Shown here: positions 1 to 12,283 of the stretch, piece by piece
Numbering within the stretch: the first letter of the stretch is position 1
How the letters are laid out: each line of letters begins with the position of its first letter
DNA from: Eledone cirrhosa
Lineage: Eukaryota
DNA: 64,000 nt
Direction of reading: 5' to 3'
Assembly (NCBI GenBank): GCA_964016885.1
Contig: OZ024743.1
Span: 290,346,001-290,410,000 of the forward strand
The notes under the pieces: generated by a model
Database searches by the model: none
What the model was told of the DNA's origin: nothing
Seen by the model: the letters and a program-made list of their open reading frames with translations, nothing else
Made by a program: the position numbers and the translations under genes

Positions 1-450
1 TTGTCCATATTGATTTAAAATAATAAATCAACAAAGACAAACTGTATTGCCAAATGGCCATGATGTTTAGACACATTTAATTGTAAAAGAATTCATTACA
101 CTCAATAATAAAATTGCTCCTTAGGTTGAGCTGAACGTAGCCTCATATATACGGCTGTTATTTCTAGCAGTACGGTTATGAGGCTAGCTAGAAACTGTGA
201 ACCATGTGCGTTACACAGTTTTTAAATTATTTAGAAGTGAAGCATATCAATTTGTCCCTGGATGTTTACTGAAGAGTGCAGGACATGATATTCCTTTCAC
301 TTTTTCATCTTGAAAGATATTTGGATTTTAAAGTTTAAACTTATCTACGGAACAGGTTTGATTTTGAAATTTAAATGTGTCTAAACAGCATGGCCATTTG
401 GCAATACAGTTTGTCTTTGTTGATTTATTATTTTAAATCAATATGGACAA
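1..450. repeat. Inverted repeat, arms 1-80 and 371-450 (left arm probably continues beyond the window)
   Basis: ttgtccatattgatttaaaataataaatcaacaaagac...acacatttaa is the near-perfect reverse complement of 371-450; ~290 bp spacer. Confidence 0.9.
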
Positions 451-570
451 ACTGTAATATTATAATTAGTATACTTCATTCTGGCTAAATTTTCTTTTGC
501 AATATAAATACAGATATGTTGGTGTTTGTGTTTCATCATAGATATTCGTTTATATATATATATATATATA

Positions 571-812
571 TTTGGTGTGGGATGCTTAAAAGCGTCCGTA
601 TGCGGTAGGCTGTTTGAGCACTCGATGCTCTTACAGAGCAGAGTATAATATGACATAAGAAACGGAAAATCGGTGCGACGAATTAGAATTTATTAGACAT
701 ATTACAATTGTTTCTCTGGCGACCAGCTGGAGGTACGATCGATGCGAGGATCGAACCTGACTCTGAAATCGCAAGTTCTTCAGATATGTCTTTATCCCTC
801 GAAGAAGAATTT

Positions 813-816
<4 letters not shown>
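571..816 (-). mobile_element. Solo pseudo-LTR of the PLE family at 26881-31860
   Basis: Aligns by eye with 31611-31855 and 26881-27057; (TA)n on both sides; contains a hammerhead motif. Confidence 0.85.
696..790 (-). ncRNA. Type-I hammerhead ribozyme with long stem II
   Basis: Minus strand gacatat-CTGAAGA-a-cttgcgat...gtcgccag-a-GAAA-CAATTG-TA-atatgtc: perfect 7-bp stem I, intact core, palindromic stem III, GUA cleavage triplet. Confidence 0.8.
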
Positions 817-892
<76 letters not shown>

Positions 893-2017
893 TATTTATA
901 TATATATATATAATTATATGCATACCCACATACATTTATATCAATGTGGTCGTATAACTGTATATATACTCATGCACTATCTTTTCATACTTACATGCAA
1001 GTGTTCCGTTAATATAATCCCGTGTTTCATTGCTGTTTCATCACTTTAAATCTCACGGGTAATCCCTTTCTCTGTGAGCAACTGTTCACATATCTTTCCA
1101 CAATTTACAATGTTATAGGTACTTGATCTGATATAGTGGGTGATACTTTATGTATCACATCTATTTCATTCATTCAACTGCTTTCTCTGTTCCGAATCAG
1201 TTAGCGATTTATTTTATGCCTTGCTTTGATTGCCAGATATATACCAATTTTTCCGTAATTATATATATCACTATCTATATCAACTATTTAATCACTTTGA
1301 TTTAAGAACGCTACAGTTTAACATAATTATCATATATTTAGAAGATATTCTATACTTCCAATACCCCTTCTATTTCATAAATTTTATTTTCCTTAACAAG
1401 ACCTCTTATTTTGATATAGAAGCAGTAACATATTTCATAACTGACCTTCAAGTAATTAGGAATATATCCAACAATTTCTAGTCTCTGAACGAGACAAACA
1501 GGAGGTGGCTCAGGGTTAGGAATACAGTAAATCACTATATCGACTTTGAATTGGCTTCCTTTTTATTTTATGATTTTCTTTTTTGAGACAAGTAGAAATA
1601 TTAACTTCGTGAAATACTAAATAATTTTTATGAAAATATATGGTTTGGGCTAAATTAAGGAGATCCTCTGGCGCTGTTGTTTCGAGATATAAATATATTC
1701 TGAACGCCCGCATCAATTCTCGGCCCATAAAATAATGGAACTATTAAGTATGAATTGCTAGGCATTATTAATAAAACACAAATGTCTTAAATTAATTTAA
1801 GATTATAATGTCAATAAACATAATTTGGAATTAAATTGTTCATCATAATAACACATTTCACCTGTAAGTCGAAATTCAAATACTATTAATTATATTTAAA
1901 ATTTGAAATTAATTTTCCACGTACCATATTATTATTGTTGTTCTGGGTATTGCGTTGCACATTTATATAAAATTTCCATTCATTTCTGAGTTAGCGAATT
2001 CCAATATTTATAACATA

Positions 2018-2829
2018 CCCAGCAGTGGTACCCGGCGTTGCACAGGATAAGGTATTTTGGAACGCCTACCGCCAACAGAGATAATCGTGGAAAAAATACA
2101 TGCGTGGACAATATGTAAAGAAAATAAACCGAATACTCTGATGGCTGGATAATCTTAAGATTTTCGTCGATGAAGCAGGAAAAAATGCAGGTGTTCACCT
2201 AATGCGGGCCCTAGGAGATCAAGAAAATGAATTTTTTTTTATGTGTATAATATGCCTTGAAATTTCGGGAAAATCGGTTAGACGTAACGACTCAAAAAAA
2301 CCCCTAAAACCTGAAAAACGGTTTTTATCAACTAATGCGGGCCCTAGGGGATAACAAAGTTGAATTTGTTTATGTGCATAACACTCTCTGAAACATAAAT
2401 AATACACATGTAAAGTTTGAAAAAGATAGGTTGGGTACTTCTCGAGTTTTAGGGATTCAAACTCACAGACACCCCCACACCCAGCCCCTCCACACACACA
2501 CACACACACACACACATACATCCTCAGGCAAATGACGTAAAGCAGACAGTCACATATACAGACAGATATTATAAGGGCGCGACGTTATATGTATGTATCT
2601 ATCTAAAAAGAGAAAGACTAACAATTATATATAGAGAGAGATCGCTAAATCACCTAATGCGGTCCCGAGGGCATTGAACATTTGAAATTTCTTGTGCTCG
2701 GCACACTCCCTGAAACACAAGTATTACATGTGTAAAGTTTGAAAACAGTGCGTTGGGTGGTTCTCGAGTTTTATGGATTCAAACTCACACACACACACAG
2801 ACAGACATCCTCAGTTTTATATATATAGA
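2018..2829 (-). mobile_element. Non-autonomous Helitron-like element with internal duplication
   Basis: Minus strand begins A^TCTATATATATAAAACTGAGG and ends with GC hairpin cctgtgcaacgccggg plus CTGG; no TSD; 2331-2527 is duplicated at 2651-2814; same 5' end as 20048. Confidence 0.7.
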
Positions 2830-5108
2830 TGTTAATCGTATTTACTTGATAACAGGAATTATTTTCCTGAACCCTTTCAGCATCGTGCATTTTAGAAGGA
2901 AATATACATTATTAAATTTGAGCTTTACTGTCACGAAAGTATAATTTTGACATGTAAGATTTTACCCATTGCCTTCTGTGATTTCTACTTAATGCCAACA
3001 TTATAACTGACATCACCTTGATGGACCCCTTGTGATGGGAACGGTTTACGATCGTTAGAAATGTTTAAATAGTTTTAGTTGAATAACATTTATAGATTGC
3101 CTGCACAGTGAGATTATAAAATCGATATTAAAATGCCTGACAGGGGTTCTGAGCATTTCCTGAATACTTCGTAGTCAGAAAGCTTTATCTTGTAATTAAA
3201 TTCAATCATTGAAATAAGGAAAAATCACAAAAAAAAATATAATATGAAATAAGTCACATATGTATGCATGTAGACCTATTTATACATGTGCAAGTTGGTG
3301 TGCTGATATACTTTTGATTCGAAGCAGTGTTTCATGTACATGTTTGTGTTTATACGGTATGTACACATACACATACATTATATATATATAAATATATTCA
3401 TACATGCATCTACCTTCATTATTTCTAGGTTTATGTTCCGGATTGCCCATCCCCCTTGGTATCTTTACGTCTCTCTGTCTTTCATTGCCTCGCCCTCTAA
3501 GTATTTCTCTCACAGGTATTCAATCTCCTTCTGTAGCTATATATATACATATGTGTGTGTTTATGTGAGTTTATATTTCCAAACTCACATCCACATAGAT
3601 ATATTGTCTCCGCCATAGCTATAAGCATGAAATTACTATAGCAAAAGCAGAGAAACGGAAATAACATATTAAGGAAACAAAATCATGTTTCAATATAAGA
3701 TGTAAACCGTTTATGTGTTTAAGCAATACACTAATGCCCCCACTCCTTCACAAAAAGACAAACAAAAAACAAGTATCTGAGAAACTCTCCAAAATTGCAC
3801 AAGGTGCAGCTTGATTGCAATTAAGTAGGAAATAAGGAGTTCTATAGAAAATATTTAAAACAAAATAAAACCACAAGAATATCTAAATTAAAAATATAAA
3901 CAAAATGGATTCAATATAGTAATATCAATGTGTAATTATTGGTCAATTAGATAATTAGAAACCCACATATTTGACATTTACAGATACATACGGAAATGTA
4001 TAAAACGCTGTGTTGAAAAAATGCCATTTAGAATGGATTCCACTTAAGTTCGGCACTTTGTTGAATTTCATTTAATGTATAGTAGATAGGAGGAAACAGA
4101 AATTGAATTAATCCAAATAAAGAATATGAGTGAGTAGAAAAAGAATTACAACAAAAAAAATAGAAAAACAAAGGTATGTTGCAATCTTCGTTGGCATATG
4201 TAGTATAGAAGCTTTAACTGGATGTTTTGAAGAAGAGCTATGAATATTCTGATGTTATTTGAAGAACTCTGTCAGTTCTAATCACCCAGAGAACACTCCA
4301 GAAAATTCAATTGTTCTACATTACGCACTGGTAGGTTAGAAATACCCGTTTAAATACTGTTGCCTGTTGGAAGGAAGGATAACATGTTTTCTTGAATTGT
4401 AAATTGACAGGAAATATATTCAAATCAAATGGTTTACAAATGTATAGGTGACTTAATAATCTGCCTTGGTTTGAAATATCGTATCGGCTGCGCATTATAT
4501 CGTATTCATTCGACGGAAAATTTCTAATTCACTGGCAATCATATATTACGATCGAATTGAGAGAGCATACTAACTCCGTTGTTTTTTTGTCTAACAAAGA
4601 TTAGTACATTGACAGAAATTGTGAGGTGGACAGAGGTGTGAGAATATCAGATGAAAGCAATTGCCTATGCATCTGTCAAATCCATATATAGCGATTTCCA
4701 AATATCCGCATATGCCGAAGGTCTCAGATTAAATAGAGGTTTTAAATAGAGGTCGTTCCTAACATGCAACTATTTTATTTTCCTTCCTACACGTCCTCTC
4801 TATTTCCATCTTCAATTATTAAGACCTCACATATATGGTCTTCCTGTGATCACTGTTTCTATTATTATTATGTCAAACATATTTAAGGGATATAACAATC
4901 CAAGTAAATCAGCTTAGTGGAAGTAGAATGTCAAAACAGAAAATGTTCAAAATTGTTCTCACAATCATTTATACACTGTGTAGTTAATCACAGTCTGCAT
5001 ATCGATTGAGTAACCCTAACATCACCACCAATAGTACGTTAACGCTTATTGCAATACACACACATATACACAGACACAAACACACACATATATATATATC
5101 TATGTTTG

Positions 5109-5180
<72 letters not shown>

Positions 5181-5187
<7 letters not shown>

Positions 5188-5447
5188 TAAAATAACAGAT
5201 TAAAGTTTAAGGTGTAATTGTTTTCACTGCACCAAATAATGACGTATTATCTTCGTTTTTTTCCGATCTTTGCCAGGGAACGTTTCCACGAACCAAAGTA
5301 TCCTCTTCCTGTATTACTTCGGTTGCAACGTTTTTTGAAATATTCACTTCTGCGTTCACAGATTGACTCTTTTAGTTTCAGAAGATCCCGTTAAGGGTGA
5401 AAGCAGCGATTATTTGCTTAAATTTAATCTGTTATTTTAATAAATAC
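5181..5447. mobile_element. Short element with ~30 bp terminal inverted repeats and a degenerate hammerhead-like core
   Basis: tatttattaaaataacagattaaagtttaa / ttaaatttaatctgttattttaataaata; internal CAGAAGA-t-ccc-gttaa-ggg-t-GAAA at ~5380-5403; the same terminus occurs twice at 42938-43003. Confidence 0.6.
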
Positions 5448-5530
5448 TTGTTCTACAGTTCTTATATATCTGATATATATTTATCCTTATCGAGCCCTCT
5501 TTGGATTTTAGTCTTCAAATTTATTATTAT

Positions 5531-5581
<51 letters not shown>

Positions 5582-6267
5582 AACAACACAGCGCCTTTCT
5601 CACTTTTTAATTCATATTAATTTAAAGATATGACCTCCGTTCTCTCTCCGTTTTCTCTTTCTTGATTGTTGTTGTTAATACGGCTTTAGAACTTACGTTC
5701 AGCCAACTTGTATTAAACCTTTTCTTTCTCTCTCCCACTTACTGATTCTCTTTCTCTCTTACTATCTATCTCCTTTCTCTCCCCTTCTCTGTCTGCTCTT
5801 TACTACTTTTCCACTCCTACTGACTTCCGTTTTCCTTCGTCTCTTCCTTTTAGCACTTGTTCTCGCTACGATCAGACATTCTTTTCTCTCTCTCCCGCTT
5901 GTTGTTAGTACGGATTCAGAAGTTATGTTCGGGCCAAGTATTAAATCTTTCCTCTCCCTCCAATTACTACGAAACTTTGATGTAAGGCTGCCTCGTCCTT
6001 TCCCTGTTCTCTCTCGATATGCCCTTTTTTTTTTTGTTTTTTTCTTTTTTGTCGTTCTCTTTGTTATTTTCTGGTGTGGCTCTTCCCTGATAGCTACCCA
6101 TGTTAGCTATCAATGCACAGCATGCAGTGAGATGTACTTTCTTTAATGTCTTTGAAACATCAGTAACCCACAAAAGTCAGCCGATGAACAGGAATTGTAC
6201 TTGAGTTTCTCGCACGTTTTCTGAATAATATATATTAGTATCCACACAACAATGTGTTCTCTCTTTT

Positions 6268-6318
<51 letters not shown>

Positions 6319-6324
6319 TGTGTA

Positions 6325-6358
<34 letters not shown>

Positions 6359-6687
6359 CGTGTGTGTGTGTGTATGTGTGTGTGTGTGTTTGCATGTGTG
6401 TGTGTTTGAACAATAAAAACAGAAGTCAGGGGTAGGTAGAGAGTTAGTTCATTGTTTTACGATCGTATCAGAAGCTCAAATAAAAGGTGGAGATTGATAT
6501 ATCGACCAGCAAGCTAGTGGTTAGGTTAATACCCATTACCAGTCTCGAAATTCCTGTTCAATCGGCCGTCCTCTTCAGAACCACTAAACTCTTCCAGGAT
6601 ACCTTAGGCCGTCACCACCTGCCACAAGAACTACTGAACACACTGCTGATTCTCGACGCAACTATTCTACCTAGGATACATTGAGTG

Positions 6688-6767
<80 letters not shown>

Positions 6768-8728
6768 TTAGCTTCAGGTATAGCTGTATACAAATATACA
6801 TAGAAATTTCGTATTTCTAAAGAAACACGGTTTTAGAAAGCGAAGATATGCGAACACCGGGGCTAACGTCCTCTGGGGTGGTGGTGGTGCGTGCGTGTGT
6901 GTTGAATATGATAGTATCAGTACGATATACGTGAGTGCTCAGCACTGAAGTAAAGATAACTCATATTTGATGAGTATTTGTATCTAACTTAAATAAGCTG
7001 GCGGTTTGCAGCTATGATTCAAGAAACATTGAAAATTGAATGTCTACCATCTTAGGAAAATGAACATATTAATAATATAATACGCATTATAAATAATAAG
7101 TGTAACACATTAAGAGAATTAATATATCTCGTCAATATTGTGTTGTAACAATCACTATTTACTTTGTTTTACTTCAAATAAGTTGTAACAACACTATCTT
7201 GTTTATTATTTTTCTAGCCTTACTTGTTGAATGTTCACTTCCGTCTCACTTTTACTATATTAATTTGTTAACATATATTGTGTACGCGTCTCTAACTATC
7301 TACTCTCCTTAAACCACGTTCGTAAAACATGCCTGAAATACATAATTATTTTACTCTAATATTCATCACTTTCTAGACTATCCCTGCAACAACACACCTC
7401 CTTTTTCAAACAATTCATCGATAATCTTCATTTATTTTCCTTTACCCTTGGCTCATTATGATGCAATAAACTAATTCAAAGTGTTTATTGTAAATTATCT
7501 TTCATGAAAATTAGTGGTTTGTGTTTGGTAACAGTAACGTTTTTACTCAATAACACTATTACGTGTTCCAGCCAACAGTCCGAGGTCATGCTGGAGCACC
7601 ACCATAAACACAAAATATTAGATCCCATGCCGGTAATATAACGGGGTCCACCTTGCCAGGAATCCAAACTACTATACAACATAGGAGAACTTTGATTATA
7701 AATTCTCTAACACGAAAAATTACATATGCTTACGTTGTTACTTTCGTATTTCTGCCGAAGTTAATTGCGCAGCTACTGAACCCAGAAACACTTGGTTGCG
7801 ACGTGAACACAAAACGTGGCCTAGGCCTATATTAATATGGATGTCTATGTGTAAATATGCTTGCATGTGTAAGTGTGTGTTCGACTATCTTCATGCACGC
7901 ACACATGAGTGCCCATATACATACAAATAGACACGTATATATTAATAGTCAGTTCAAAAATCTTAGTTATAAAATCTCACCTCCTTAATCAAAATGTCAG
8001 TATCAACAACCCCGAACCGTCATACATACACACGCATACTTATCACCACACACCCATATACACTTGCAGTTAAATATACACATACACATCAATTTCCATC
8101 ACCACATACATCTATAAAGCTAATATTAACGTTATAAAACAATATTTGAACAGTTGAAAACGTTTTAGATTAAAATACACCCTAGGAAAGTAATAATTAT
8201 TGTTTCTTTGTTGCTTCTAATAATAACATTGAAAGTCAATTGTAAATTTAATAATATAACTTCTTTGCAATGTATAAACATTAAACAGATTTTTGATCTT
8301 TTTTTTATTTTTTAATGATGTTTATGTGTTTCTATTTTGTATATTATTTGAATTTTTATTTTCTAATATTGTTTTGATTTCCTCTCTAATAATAGAGTTT
8401 AGCATTGGAATAAGCCTTCAAAATTGTATGTTAACGTCGGTGCTGATTTAATTGGCCTAGGATGTACATTAAAGAGGGTGCATGCAAGATTTGAAATCAA
8501 AATCTATATGGGAGTAATTATTTTTCTGCAATGAACATTGGTCGAATGCCGGAGCGATTAATACATACACTACTATTGCTTATCTGATAATGTTTTAAAA
8601 ATTAAGGGAGACATTACAATTAGTAAACATTGTGAAATATGAAATTAATGCTACACATATCTACATACGTAATATTGACTGCCGTGGGCCCGAATTTACT
8701 GGAATATGTTGTTACCACTTTCGGTGAA

Positions 8729-8907
8729 ATAATTGTTTCTACTTTTTGGCACAAGGCCAGCAATTACTGGTACTTTATTTTATCGACCCCGTAAGGATGA
8801 AAGGCAAAGTTAACCTTGGCGTGATTCGAACTCAGAATGGCAAGGGCCGTAACTCTATGCCTCAAAGCATAGCGTCTGACCGATACTGCCAATCTGCCAA
8901 TCCATCG
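8729..8907 (-). mobile_element. tRNA-derived SINE (first of a tandem pair)
   Basis: Shared body tactttattttatcgaccccgtaaggatgaaaggcaaag; A-box (tggcagtatcgg) and B-box (gagttcgaatc) on the minus strand; at least 7 copies in the window. Confidence 0.9.
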
Positions 8908-8923
8908 CTATTATTTAGGTGAA

Positions 8924-9108
8924 ATAATTGTTTCTACTATTGGCACAAGGCCAGAAATTATCCAGTACATTACTGGTACTTTATTTTATCGACCCCATAA
9001 GGATGAAAGGCAAAGTTAACCTCGGCGGGATTTGAACTCAGAATGGCAAGGGCCGTAACTCTATGCGTCAAAGCATGGCGTCCGACCCTCTACCGATACT
9101 GCCAATCC
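8924..9108 (-). mobile_element. tRNA-derived SINE (second of a tandem pair)
   Basis: Same family; both copies are preceded by ggtgaaataattgttt. Confidence 0.9.
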
Positions 9109-9659
9109 AATGAACCTAGAAAATATGTTTATAGAGAATATCGTGATTATTTCATTGCAATTATCTCAATACTTAGTGTAAACTTATACAGCTAGTTGGT
9201 ACCATTTTCTGCCCATCCATAACACGTATCGATTTCTTTAGATTTGCCGTAAAATATATTTTATGGAAGAAAACTGATAAAACCTTTCCTATGAATATTA
9301 AAAGAAAATTAAATCCCGGTGCATATTATAATTGCTGATGTATTAACTCAATATTCCACTATGGGTATCGACATATTTTGCAAGTTCTTATTTTAAATAT
9401 GAAGAGAAATTTGAAGGCTTGCAATATATAAATAAATCACCTTTCATTCTCTGCTGAAATTTAGTTGACCAAAAAAAGAATGTTATTCAACGAGGACTGT
9501 ATTATAAATAAATGCAGTAAATTGACACTACCCAAATTCTCTACATTTTATTTCCTATACATTCTGATTTTACATATAAAGTTATAATTAAATGCCAATG
9601 AAAGAGAAGACACTCTAGATATCCGACAAAGAAGATAGTCTTCAGTGCATAGACTTCAT

Positions 9660-10640
9660 AATATGTCAAATCCTTTGACGAATGTTGTTTTTCTGTGGAA
9701 GATGAAATATTTGCAGGTCCCGTATTAGAATTACATTTAATCTCTCTGTCCGAATTCACATAGAAGCCGATAACTCTGGCAACTTCCTCCATGCTGTGTA
9801 GTAGGGATTGTGTTTTATTTTCTGAATACGATATCATTACATCATCATCATCATAGACAGTATCGGTAATGATCTTAGTGGGATAGCATCTGCTTCTCAG
9901 AGTAAGATTATTCTCTTTCTTCCTATCAGCTACTAACATATTTTGAAAAGGTATCGGCCTGTACCATGTCAGAAATGATTTTGAAAAATTGTGTGATGTA
10001 ATCCGAAGATGATATCGTATGCTGTGTATATTTGTAAAATATTATTATTTCGCTCAAAATTTCTTAATATGCTATAAGCCATGAATATTTCTCATTTTGC
10101 TTCTGCTCGTGGAGTCAAAAGCCTTCGCAAAATTTACAAACAGGTGTACAGCTTTACGATTTCTCGCTTGTGCGCCTTCGCTGATTACATAATAAATCTT
10201 GGCGGTTATAATTGTATGGTTAATAACTCTAAAATTACTTGTGACACCCAGTACTCCTTTCTTTGGAAAGGGAGGTATGCGCTCGTTTCCTCTATTACTC
10301 AATATGGTAAATGACATTCGATGGTAAATGACATTTCATTATCGCAGAAGTATAACACCAAACTTCCTTTTCTTCCAAATATCCAGAGGCATTTTGTTCA
10401 ACACTGACTTTATAAATGTGTCTAGTTCCTCTTTAGAGAATATTCAATCTAATTCTCCGGTTGCAGGAGAGTAATCTTTTCGATTGTATTACGATTGGTC
10501 TCAGGTGTATTTTTAAGAAGACTTTCAAAGTGATCTGTCCCAATTTTAGCATTTCCTTCTCACTGGTGTTATTTTGCCTGCATTGTAACGAGGCTTTTCA
10601 GCCACTAACTTCGTTTACTGCCTCCCATGCCATCTTCATT
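9660..10640 (-). pseudogene. Decayed RTE-like LINE reverse transcriptase fragment
   Basis: Peptides PFPKKGVLGVTSNFRVI, LFVNFAKAFDS and SRCYPTKIITDTVYDDD resemble RT motifs in the right order; many frameshifts. Confidence 0.75.
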
Positions 10641-10644
10641 GTAA

Positions 10645-10790
10645 AGGCACTTAGTGGTTAGAGCATTGGGCTTGCAATCGAAAGTTTGTGAGTTCAATTC
10701 TCCGAACGGTTGATGTGTTTTTTCCTTGAGCAAGACACTTTATTTCACGTTGCTCCAGTTTAATCAGCTGTAGAAATGAGATGATAGGAC
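10645..10790 (+). mobile_element. tRNA-derived SINE with CORE-like domain (second family)
   Basis: A-box tagtggttagagc, B-box gagttcaattc, then ccttgagcaagacacttt...cagctgtagaaatgag resembling the CORE-SINE domain. Confidence 0.7.
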
Positions 10791-11870
10791 TGGCGTCCCT
10801 ATCATTAAATTATCCAAGTCACCTCCAACGAGATATAACTTGGAGGAGACCAGCAAAACCTGCATAGGTGTGAGCTGTCACACACACACATGCAATAGCG
10901 GTTTGAATACCTTCAACTGAACATAGATAATTTTATGTTTGCCTTTCTATATAGTCCTCTTACTCCTTTTGGTAAATGGATGCAAAGTCATTCTGTGTCC
11001 TGACCTTCTTTATGTTAGCATCTTTTCTGTTCAGAAGCATTTTTAAGAGTGTCGTTTCTTAAGGATCGCCTTTTATTGCAATCTTTATTGACTTTTTGAT
11101 TGACGAGAATCCTCTCAGCATCGCCTTCCTTGGGAGCATTCAGAACTTTTACATATTCGTCATCAAGTGTAGTCATATTTGAGAGATCTTATAGGACTTC
11201 ATACATAGTTTTGCAGATTCCTGGGTTTGTAAGTGATGCATAGCTATACCATTTTAGTTCTATTGATTATTTTTGTTCCTTCACCGTCTAAATGTAGCTG
11301 AGACTATTCCGTGGTAGCAAGAAACATTGTCTAATATGTTTAAAAACTTACAATTTATTGTGTTGTTCACTTACTTCTTGATTACTAGTACGTAGTCAAG
11401 AGGGGCTCTGGAGCTGTTGTGATATGCAATCGTCCATAACTTCCCGTTTCGTATTTGATAACTCGTGTTTTGTCATCACCGTCAGTTTTCTGCAATGAAC
11501 CTTTTCAGATATTCACTTGTTATTTGTTGTAAGTTGGGGTGTTCTATCCCTGTGGCATGTACAGTCTCTTTCGGTCGGTGTTACTTGGGTCAGTCTCGGA
11601 TCACCACGTACCTTGTCATGGCTCTGCTGGGTGTCTACAGGATCAGCTGTTGTGTATATGTATGTTCTAAGCCTATTCCTATTGACACTAACTACGTGGT
11701 GTGGTACGTTGTGCACGGTCGAGGGTCAGAGCTTCACCGTGTGCCTATTAAAGATGTTGTGGTACTTGTGCGTTTCAAATTACTCCGGAGGAAACCTACT
11801 CACATGCACACTTCGTTGAGTGCTCTAACCTGAGTACTGTAGTGTCGGTAAGCAGCCAACACAGTCTCAA

Positions 11871-11940
<70 letters not shown>

Positions 11941-12247
11941 ATATATATATATATATAAATATGTTATTCCCTGATTTGTCAGGCTTAAACTTAATATATA
12001 TGAATATACCTATTCTCAAAATTTATATTTCATAAACGAACGAGAAACGAGAAACTCAATTATTGTTGTAGTGTACATATATATATATATATATACATAT
12101 GAGGGCTACGCAATCTGTTCAGATAATGTTCAGCTTCGCCATTGGTGAAAAGTGTTCTATTGCTTACCATAAAGCATATTGACAATAACTACACATACAA
12201 AAAACGCTTGAAAATGGATAATATAAATTTTAACTATCAACGGTTCC

Positions 12248-12283
<36 letters not shown>

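Noticed and set aside
1390-1740. Possible APE endonuclease remnant (GGGSGLGI)
   Set aside because: Too degenerate to call without a profile search.
6540-6620. Possible RLE-LINE C-terminal remnant (VQSAVLFRTTKL)
   Set aside because: Single weak motif.
11290-11870. GC-richer segment with overlapping ORFs
   Set aside because: Probably a repeat fragment; no recognisable motif or second copy in the window.
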